The notes under the pieces are model-generated. The model made no database searches and had not been told where the DNA came from. It saw nothing but the letters and a program-made list of their open reading frames with translations. The position numbers and the translations under genes are program-made. From contig CAWGMQ010000006.1 in the NCBI GenBank assembly GCA_963823665.1, positions 1,790,865-1,822,864 on the forward strand: 32,000 nt of DNA, in the 5' to 3' direction. Shown piece after piece: positions 15,960 to 23,759 of this stretch; the stretch's first letter is position 1, and the number at the start of each line of letters is the position of its first letter. This DNA comes from an uncultured Planctomycetota bacterium. GTDB lineage: Bacteria; Planctomycetota; Planctomycetia; Isosphaerales; Isosphaeraceae.

Positions 15960-16736
15960 ATGCCCCAAGTGAAACAGACGGGGGTCAGTGGTCGTGACCA
16001 TTACGACAGCCTTTTTCAGAATGAACTTGATCGAGAAGCGGAGTGGCTTGATCGCACCGCAGGACACAAGGCCGATTCGATAGAGCGGTTGCTCAAGAAG
16101 AACAACATCGAGTGTGATACCCTTCTCGAACTCGGGTGTGGCACAGGCTCGGTCATTCGTGAGTGTCAGCGGCGTAAAATTGCCAAGTCTTATATCGCAG
16201 TGGATTACTCCGACACCGCAATAGACTATTTGAACAGTAATTCAAACGAAATTGAAACACATTCATTTGATGTCACTTCAGAAGATTTCTCATTCAATAG
16301 GCCGGTTGATGTGGTTGTCGTGAGCCATGTCATCGAGCATCTCGAAGAACCGCTTGCCTTCTTGCAATCGTTGCGGCGCCTTAATTTCAAATACCTGGTT
16401 TCCGAGGTTCCGCTCGATGATCTACTTATGGGCAGGCTTAGCGCTTTGGCGAAGGAGGATCGGACTCAGAATCTTGCCGGTCACGTGCAGTTTTTCACAG
16501 CCTCATCGTTTCGCCGGCTATTAGAATCGAGCGGGATGAAGGTGATCGATACTCGCAGATATTTGCCATTACTCGATAGAGAGACAATCAAATTTGTGTG
16601 CAAGAAGAACAAATCTTCGAATCTAACATATTGCAAAATGCTGTTCGGTCGATATCTGAGGCTCGCATTGGGGCCGATCTGGGCCTATTTCTTTAGCGCA
16701 CATTACGCGGTGCTCTCTCGGTTCTCTCCGGAATAA
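15960..16736 (+). CDS. Class I SAM-dependent methyltransferase (258 aa from the ATG at 15960) in a low-GC islet
   Basis: SAM-binding motif I is LLELGCGTGSVIRE, followed by an acidic loop AVDYSD and VVVSHVIEHLEEP. The ATG at 15960 is preceded by GTGAGG; the track ORF starts at a GTG at 15948. GC is far below the flanks (22/60 at 16201-16260 and 30/60 at 16081-16140, against 48/60 at 15301-15360, hand counted). Confidence 0.8.
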   Translation: MPQVKQTGVSGRDHYDSLFQNELDREAEWLDRTAGHKADSIERLLKKNNIECDTLLELGCGTGSVIRECQRRKIAKSYIAVDYSDTAIDYLNSNSNEIETHSFDVTSEDFSFNRPVDVVVVSHVIEHLEEPLAFLQSLRRLNFKYLVSEVPLDDLLMGRLSALAKEDRTQNLAGHVQFFTASSFRRLLESSGMKVIDTRRYLPLLDRETIKFVCKKNKSSNLTYCKMLFGRYLRLALGPIWAYFFSAHYAVLSRFSPE

Positions 16737-16770
16737 CATCAAGGGCCACGCGAAACGGCACGGCCCCGAA

Positions 16771-18117
16771 CAGGAGGTCCGTGCGAATATCTCGCATTCA
16801 GCCCTGACGGACGATTCTTTGTCACGGGTTTCCGCTCTGCGGATCACGTGTGCGCCAAGCCCATCGACCTCTGGGACACCGCCTCGGGGCGAAAGCTCTC
16901 CTCGTTGCCGGGGACATTCGCTCCGGCCGCATTCCAGGCGGCGGGCGATTACCACGGACTGGTTCGGTTCTGGGATACGTCCAGCGGCCGGGAGATCGGG
17001 CAGCCGCTTCCTCAAAGGGAGATCGATCTGGCCCTGGCCTACAGCCCGGATGGCAAGACGCTGGCGGTGGGGCTCGCCGAAGTTTTTACACACAAGCCGG
17101 GCACTCGACTCTGGGATACCGCGACAGGCCGGCCCATCGGCGAATTGTTGCCCAGCGTTGCGGGCGTGACCCGAATCGAGTTCCGTCCGGACGGTCGCGC
17201 CCTGCTCACGTGCGGCGGTTCCACCCGGCTGTGGGATGCCGTCCGGGCGCAGGCAATGGGTGAAGAAATTATTGACGATCAGGCCGGCGGATTTCGTCCG
17301 GATGGCCGCGTATTCCTCACACTGGGATCGGACCGGTTCGACAAATCGGCCGCCGATTACCGTGAGGCCGAGCGGCTCGGTAAGCGAGACGATGTGCGGG
17401 ACTTCCAGATTCACTGCGTCGTCGATTGCACCAAGGCCGAGCGCTGGGCCGAGGCCCTCTGGTATCTCGACCGCCTGATCGCCGCACGGCCAGGGGACGG
17501 GACGCTGCACGAGGACCGCGCAGCGGTCTACGGCAAGCTCGGCCGCGAGGCCGAGCGCCAGGCCGAGCTGGCAAGCGTGTTTGCGCTGGGAGCTGACGAG
17601 GGGCTCGTGATCGCGCGGGCCGAGGAGCTTGGCCGCGGCGGCCGCTGGGCCGAGGCCGCGGGCCTGCTGGCGCGCGGCGGGAGGGCAGGCCCGCTCAGTT
17701 CGGTTCTGGCCCAGGCCTGGGGCATCGCCTGTCTGCGGGCCGGCGATCGCGCCGGCTACCGCGAGGCCTGCGCGGCGTTCATGGACTACCAGGGGCCGGA
17801 CCCGACGGTCGTCTGGAACGCACTCGCGGCGGCATCGTTCTTCGCCCTGGGGGCCGAGGGCCTGGACGACTACCGGGTGCCGATGCGATGGATCGAGCGC
17901 CGGCTTTCCGCCAGTCCCACGCTGAACCCCGTAATCAAACATTACTTCTCGAACGTTCTGGGAGGCCTCTCGCTCCGCGCCGGGCGGCTGGACGATGCGA
18001 TTGGCCGCGTCAACGAAGGAATTGCCGCCGCGAACCAAGTGGAACTGCCCACCGACTGGGCTCACCTGGCCCTGGCCCATGCGCTCAAGGGGAACCTGGC
18101 TGAAGCCCGCCGCGGTC
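16771..18117 (+). pseudogene. C-terminal debris of the copy-3 kinase (WD40 plus helical-repeat region) with two internal in-frame deletions and a 3' truncation (track ORF 16848..18206)
   Basis: GGPCEYLAFSPDGRFFVTGF...PIDLWDTASGRKLSSLPGTFAP is collinear with copy 4 at 23084 onward. It then jumps to GDYHGLVRFWDTSSGREIG (copy 4 near 24380). It jumps again from FLTLGSD to RFDKSAADYREAERLG (copy 4 near 25385). Similarity ends after LAEARR at about 18117. Confidence 0.8.
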
Positions 18118-18130
18118 ACGCCGGAGAGTC

Positions 18131-19260
18131 TCAGCCTCCGAATTCCACGATGAGGCCTTGCAGCAGGATGTTGGCCGGACCCGAGAGGGCCTCTGCCTGG
18201 GCCTGAGTCAAAATGCCGGCCTTGCGGAACGCGGCAACCTCACTCAGGAACGTCTGCACCTTGCTGGTGTCGCCGTTGTTGCCTTTAAGGATCAGCTTCA
18301 CACCGACGGAGTCGGCCTGCGCCGCGTTCAGCACCCCCGCCGCCTCCAGCGTTTCCACCTGTTCCTCGAGGTCGGCATCCTGCTGGGTCGATCGACGCCA
18401 CGGTGATCGCCACGCTGGCATCCGAGCTGATGTTGCCGAGGCTGACGGCGAGGCTCAGCGTGTCGGCGCCGCTGAAATTGAGGCCGCCGCGGTAGACCAG
18501 GGTGGCCAGGGCGGCTTTGAGCTCGACCGTGCTGCCGGTCAAGGACACCGAGCCGCTGCCGTTGCCGGTGGCCGTCAAGCCGCTGGTCGTCCCCAGGGTC
18601 AACGTGCCGTGGCCGACGGCGAGGGTGACCGTCAGGCTGCCGCTCTGCCCGCTGCCGATGGTGATGCCGCTGATGGCCTGGCCCACGTTCTCGTAGGCGG
18701 TCAGGGCGGCCGGGACGGTGATGGCCGGGCTGCCGGCCAGCAGGGCGATGGTCTTGGTCGGGCCGCCGTTGTTGGCCAGCCCGGCGGCCGCGAACTTCGG
18801 GCTGCCGATGCTGATGGCAGCGGTCCCGGGGGCCCCGGTCAACGCGCTCGACCCGGTTGCGTCCAGGCTGAGCAGGTCGTTTCTGCTGCCGGACAGTTTG
18901 GGGGCGCCGGCGCCATGGATGGCATTGGCGTAGAAGTCGCTGACGGTGGTGGTGCCGTTCTGGCCGAGGATGCTGTTGACGATCGTGGCCGTGGCGGTAG
19001 CGCCGCTGAAGCCGCTGCCGGAGCTGCTGTCGCTGAGAACGTAGACGTCGCTGGCGGTGCCGGCGCTGCTATTGCCGCTCGCGACGGCGTTGCCGCTGAA
19101 GGTGTCGAAGGTGGCGGCCAGGGTGCCGTTGCGTATGAAGACGGCGCCGCCGTCGCCTTGCCCCGCGCTGCCGTTGTTGCCGCCGCTACCGCCGGCGCCG
19201 GCGGTGGCCTTGTTCTGGGTGAAGGTGTCGTTGGTGAGGGTGAGTGCGCCGCCGGTGCTG
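18131..19260 (-). pseudogene. 5'-truncated, frameshifted paralogue of the beta-helix surface protein (pmp-like repeats plus a helical-hairpin tail)
   Basis: GGALTLTNDTFTQNKATAGAGG...GGAVFIRNGTLAATFDTFSGN...VYVLSDSS...IVNSILGQNGTTTVSDFYANAI parallels the 1..3473 protein (GGTLTLTSDTFTGNTAAGG...VYVLSDGS...VVNSILGQNASTTVSEFYASAI). There is no N-terminus or start codon. The tail QQDADLEEQVETLEAAGVLNAAQADSVGVKLILKGNNGD...LLQGLIVEFGG* is in a different frame (ORF 18131..18421), with the switch near 18386. Confidence 0.75.
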
Positions 19261-20319
19261 GTCGGCGTCGTAGGGCTGGTAACGGCTGCGGCGCAGCTCC
19301 CGGGCCAGGGCGTTGGCCGGCTCCAGGCAGGCGGCGGCCTCGGCGTGCTCGCCCCGCGCGTCGGCGACATGGGCGAGGGCAAAGAGCAGGTTCATCCGCA
19401 CCACCGGGGCGATCGGCCCGTGCATCGCGAAGCGGAGCCGGTCGCGGTCGGCCTCGGGCAGCCGGCCGCGCACGAGCACCGCCCGCCGCGCCAGCGGCAA
19501 CGGTGACTGCGGATGACGGGTCTCGGCCTCGTGGTAGCACGCCTCGGCCTCGGCCATGGCCCCGAGCTCCTCGTGCAGTGAGCCCAGGCTGATCCACGAG
19601 TCCAGGTGATCGGGTCGCAGCTCCAGGGCGCGGCGATAAGCGGCCTCGGCTTCGGCATGGCGGCCGTCGGACAGGTAGGCCCAGCCGAGCTCGTTGTGCG
19701 CGTCAGCATCGGCCGGCTTCTTCAGGGCGCGGCGCTCGCAAAGCTCAACCGCGGCGGGCCAGTCCTCGGCCTGGCCGTGGACGTAGGCCAATTGCAGCCA
19801 CAGGGCGTCATCTTCGGGGGCCAGCTCGGCGGCCCGGCGCGAATGCGCGAGGGCAACGACCGGCTTGCCCTGCCCAAGGAGCGCCAGGCCCAGGTTGGCG
19901 TGCGCGACGGCCAGGTCGGGCTCTAGCCGGAGGGCCTCGGCATAGGCATCGGCCGCCTCGGCCCACCGCTCCAGGCCGCGCAGAACGTTGCCGAGGTTGT
20001 TGAGCGCCTCGGGGTAGTCCGGCCGCAGGCGGAGGGCCGAGCGGCAGCTTTCGGCGGCTTGCTCGCGCTGGCCCAGGGCACGCTGGATCTCGGCGAAGTT
20101 GGCATGATACGTGGCGACGTCGGGCCGCAGCTCGATGGCCCTGCCCGTTAGCTCGACGGCACGGGCGGAGTAACCGCACTGGTGATGCAAGACGCCAAAC
20201 AGGTGCAGCACGTTAGCGTCATCAGGATCGCGGTCCAGCAGGGCCTGGTAGGTGCGGCCCGCGTCGGCGTAGCGACCGGCCTGATGGCATTCCCAAGCGT
20301 TCATCAAGTCCGGACTCAT
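19261..20319 (-). pseudogene. TPR protein paralogue that has lost its sulfotransferase domain (track ORF 19186..20319)
   Basis: MSPDLMNAWECHQAGRYADAGRTYQALLDRDPDDANVLHLFGVLHHQCGYSARAVEL... is collinear with 3570..5846 as far as ANALARELRRSRYQPYD (compare ANALALAQRRKQGKHYNPDG). The sequence then abuts beta-helix coding sequence in another frame. Confidence 0.8.
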
Positions 20320-20501
20320 CTTGTGACTCCGTCAAGAGCTGCGAGGTTCTGGTTGCATAAGGTCAGGATTGGTTGCACGGCGCGTGGACCGACCTCTCGG
20401 GGCTAACCCGCGGCGACAACGCGACGCTGGTGCTCCGCGGCTCAGACGCTGGTCATCACGATCCCTGGCGGGCCTTGTCCTCTCCTTGGGCTTACCACCT
20501 A

Positions 20502-20580
20502 TACTGCGAGGCGACCGCGATGCTCGCCTGGCTTTGGCTTTTTTTTGTCTCGGTTTATTGAAACTCGCAGTACTGTAAGT
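20502..20580 (+). promoter_or_regulatory. Conserved sigma-gene leader, copy 4 (most compact form)
   Basis: 5' arm TACTGCGAG (20502..20510) followed by GCGACCGCGAT. A T-rich tract follows, then TTGAAAC and the 3' arm CTCGCAGTA (20564..20572). The ATG lies 8 nt downstream. Confidence 0.5.
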
Positions 20581-21234
20581 ATGGACGAGATGTCGCCACC
20601 TCCAGGACAGGTCCCCGGAGTTGTCACGCGGGCCGCGGCGGGCGACCGGGCTGCGATCGTCGTGCTGCTCGAGCGCTACCGCGCCCGGCTTCGCCGGATG
20701 GTGGCGCTGCGGCTGGACCCCCGGCTCCGGGGGCGGGTTGACGCCTCGGACGTGATCCAGGAGGGGTACCTCGATGCGATGCGGCGGCTCGAGGAGTTCA
20801 TCCGGGATCCGGCCGTGCCGTTCTACATCTGGCTGCGGTTCCTGGTTGGCCAGCGGGTGCAGGAGCAGCATCGGCGGCACCTGGGCTCGCCCGGCCGGGA
20901 TGTCGGCCGCGAGGTGTCGATCTACCGGGGCGCGATGCCCGGCGCCAGCACCGGGGCCCTGGCCGCCCGGCTTCTCGGCAAGCTCACGAGCCCCAGCCAG
21001 GCGGCGGTGCGGGCCGAGCGGAAGGTTCGGCTCCAGGAGGCCCTTAACCGCATGGACCCGCTCGACCGCGAGATCCTGGTCTTGCGCCACTACGAGCAGA
21101 TGGCCAACGGCGATGCCGCCGCGGCCTTAGGGCTGAAGTTCAAGGCGGCGAGCAAACGGTACACGCGGGCGCTCGAGCGGCTCGAGAAGGTCCTCAATGC
21201 CTTACCCGGAGACACGTCAGGGCAGGAGCCATGA
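20581..21234 (+). CDS. ECF-type sigma factor (copy 4, 217 aa)
   Basis: MDEMSPPPGQVPGVVTRAAAGDRAAIVVLLERYRARLRRMVALRLDP...LDREILVLRHYEQMANGDAAAALGLKFKAASKRYTRALERLEKV. It is 654 nt long like copies 2 and 3. ATGA overlap with the kinase at 21231..21234. Confidence 0.9.
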   Translation: MDEMSPPPGQVPGVVTRAAAGDRAAIVVLLERYRARLRRMVALRLDPRLRGRVDASDVIQEGYLDAMRRLEEFIRDPAVPFYIWLRFLVGQRVQEQHRRHLGSPGRDVGREVSIYRGAMPGASTGALAARLLGKLTSPSQAAVRAERKVRLQEALNRMDPLDREILVLRHYEQMANGDAAAALGLKFKAASKRYTRALERLEKVLNALPGDTSGQEP

Positions 21235-23759
21235 GCGAGCCATCGGTCGATTGCGATCCTTTCGAGGGCGTAGCGGAGTCGTTCCTGGCGCGGTTCCGGG
21301 CTGGTGAGCGTCCCAGCATCGTCGAGTACGCCGCCCGCCACCCCGAGCTGGCCGACCAGATTCGCAGGCTGCTGCCGGCGCTGGTGATGGTCGAGCAAGA
21401 CCTCTCGATCGACGTCGACGCGGCTCCGGCCGGCCGGGATGCGATCGAGAGCCAGTCGAGGCGGCTGGGTGATTACCGGATCGTGCGTGAGATCGGGCGC
21501 GGCGGCATGGGGGTGGTCTATGAGGCCGAGCAGGTCAGCCTGGGCCGACGGGTGGCGCTCAAAGTTTTGCCCGGCCACGTGGTGGGCGACCGCCATGCCC
21601 TGGAGCGGTTCCGACGGGAGGCGAAGGCCGCAGCGCGGTTGCACCACACCAACATCGTGCCGGTTTTCGAGGTCGGGCAAGAGGGCGAGGTCGCTTTTTA
21701 CGCGATGCAGTTCATTCAGGGCCAAGGGCTCGAGCAGGTCATCGCCGAGCTGCGGCGGCTGCTCGCGCCGGGTCTCGACGCCGGCGAGGCCGGAACGGGC
21801 CGGGCCGAAGGCCTCGAGGCATCGACGACCGTCGGGGCGTCGCGGGTTTCCGTGAAGTCGATCCTCCGGCAGCGCGAGCTCGGCCAGCTTGCGGAATCTG
21901 TGCTGACCGGCCGCCTGATGAGGGACGGGACGGAACGGCCGGCGACCAACCCGCCCACGACGAACGCCGCTGTCGCTACGGAAGGATTCGGCTCAAACGC
22001 GACCGCCGCACTGGCGCCCTTGGCCGCCAAGGAGGGGCAACCTCCGGCTCGCCCCGGTTCCACCAACCTGTCGGGCTCGGCGATGCTGCCGGGCGGCACG
22101 CACATCTCCGAGATCGATTCCTCGGGCCGCCGGCAGCCGTTCTTCCGGAGCGTCGCGCAGATCGGCAGGCAGGCAGCGCAAGGGCTGGCCTACGCGCACT
22201 CACGCGGCATCATCCACCGCGACATCAAGCCGTCGGACCTGCTGCTGGATTCGGCGGGAGTGGTCTGGATCACCGACTTCGGCCTGGCCAAGGCGGAGGA
22301 AGACGGGCTGACCGCGACCGGCGACATCCTGGGGACGTTCCGATACATGGCGCCTGAGCGGTTCCGCGGGCTGGGGGACGCCCGCGCCGATGTCTATGCG
22401 CTGGGGCTGACCCTGTACGAGCTGCTGACCCTCCGGCCGGCGTTCGAATCGTCCGACCGGCTGAAGCTGGTCGAGCAAGTCAAGACCGCAGAGCCAGTCC
22501 ACCCCCGATCGATCGACCGCCACATCCCCCGCGACCTCGAGACGATCGTTCTGAAGGCGATCGAGAAGGAGCCCGGAGCGCGGTACCAGTCGGCCGACGC
22601 GATGGCCGAGGACCTGCGGCGGTTCCTGGCCGACGAGCCGATCAAGGCCCGCCAGGTCAGCACCTCGGAGCGATACTGGCGGTGGGCCAGGCGGAACCCC
22701 GTGATCGCGACACTGGGCGGCGTGCTGGGGATGGTGCTCGTCGCGGTGACGATCGGCTCGACATTGGCGGCGGCTTATTTCAAGGAGTCGGCCCGGCGCG
22801 AGACGAACCTGGCCGCGCGCGAGCAACTGGCGAATCAGCAATCGCAGCGCGATCGGCAAGCGGCCATCGAAGAGCGCGATCATTCGCGCCGGCTGTCCGC
22901 AGGTCTGGCGCTCGACAAGGGGATCGCCCTGGCCGAAGAGGGTCACGCCGACCGGGGCTTGCTCTGGATGCTCGAGGCCCTCAAGACGGCCCCGGACGAA
23001 GCGGAGGGATTTCAGAATGCGGTTCGCTGGAACCTGGGTGCCTGGCTCGGGCAGGTTCACAAGACGCTGCGGATCGTCGATACAGGCGGTCCCTGCGATT
23101 ACGTCGCCTTCAGCCCGGACGGACGATCGTTTGCAACGGGTTTCAATCCACATGACCGTGCGATAGCAACGCCCATCAACCTGTGGGACACCGCCTCGGG
23201 ACAAAAGCTCTCCTCCTTGCCCGGTGCTTTCGCCCCGTTCGCCTTCCGACCGGACGGAAAAGTCCTCGTCGCTCGCGACGACCAGCGCCGCGTCGTTGCC
23301 ATCGATCTGATCACGGGGCGGGTGCTCTGGACGACGTCGCAGCCCCTCGGACAGCACGGGGAATGGATCGAGTTGAGTCCGGACGGCTCAACGGCTTTTG
23401 TCACTTATACTGACAACTCAGAGAGTTGGTGGTTATCGCGACTCGACGTGGCGACGGGCCGGGGCGCGGAGAGCCGATCCGGAGCAGTGGATCGGCTGCT
23501 GCCGCCCCTGACGGCAGGATGGTCGCGATCCGCCGAGTCGAGAACGGTAAGGCGTTCATCGATGTGCTCGACCTCCCCTCGGGCCGGCGAACGGCGAGCT
23601 GGCCAGCCGCCGAGAACGCCCTTTCCCTGTTACTCTTCAGCCCCGACGCCCGGTCGCTGTTCGTGTCGGAAAATAAGCGATCTGTCATCAACCAGAACAA
23701 CAGCTTCTTCGGTCAGGTCTGGGATCCGGGCAAGGGAAGACCGATTACTGCTCCCATGA
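21231..23759 (+). CDS. Ser/Thr kinase, TM helix and first WD40-like region: upstream segment of the frameshifted copy-4 gene (meaningful to about 23470)
   Basis: Kinase motifs are [35 protein letters not shown] and YMAPE. The TM helix is [27 protein letters not shown]. After ...[14 protein letters not shown] the translation turns into low-complexity nonsense, while the -1 frame becomes WD40-like. Confidence 0.9.
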   Translation: MSEPSVDCDPFEGVAESFLARFRAGERPSIVEYAARHPELADQIRRLLPALVMVEQDLSIDVDAAPAGRDAIESQSRRLGDYRIVREIGRGGMGVVYEAEQVSLGRRVALKVLPGHVVGDRHALERFRREAKAAARLHHTNIVPVFEVGQEGEVAFYAMQFIQGQGLEQVIAELRRLLAPGLDAGEAGTGRAEGLEASTTVGASRVSVKSILRQRELGQLAESVLTGRLMRDGTERPATNPPTTNAAVATEGFGSNATAALAPLAAKEGQPPARPGSTNLSGSAMLPGGTHISEIDSSGRRQPFFRSVAQIGRQAAQGLAYAHSRGIIHRDIKPSDLLLDSAGVVWITDFGLAKAEEDGLTATGDILGTFRYMAPERFRGLGDARADVYALGLTLYELLTLRPAFESSDRLKLVEQVKTAEPVHPRSIDRHIPRDLETIVLKAIEKEPGARYQSADAMAEDLRRFLADEPIKARQVSTSERYWRWARRNPVIATLGGVLGMVLVAVTIGSTLAAAYFKESARRETNLAAREQLANQQSQRDRQAAIEERDHSRRLSAGLALDKGIALAEEGHADRGLLWMLEALKTAPDEAEGFQNAVRWNLGAWLGQVHKTLRIVDTGGPCDYVAFSPDGRSFATGFNPHDRAIATPINLWDTASGQKLSSLPGAFAPFAFRPDGKVLVARDDQRRVVAIDLITGRVLWTTSQPLGQHGEWIELSPDGSTAFVTYTDNSESWWLSRLDVATGRGAESRSGAVDRLLPPLTAGWSRSAESRTVRRSSMCSTSPRAGERRAGQPPRTPFPCYSSAPTPGRCSCRKISDLSSTRTTASSVRSGIRAREDRLLLP

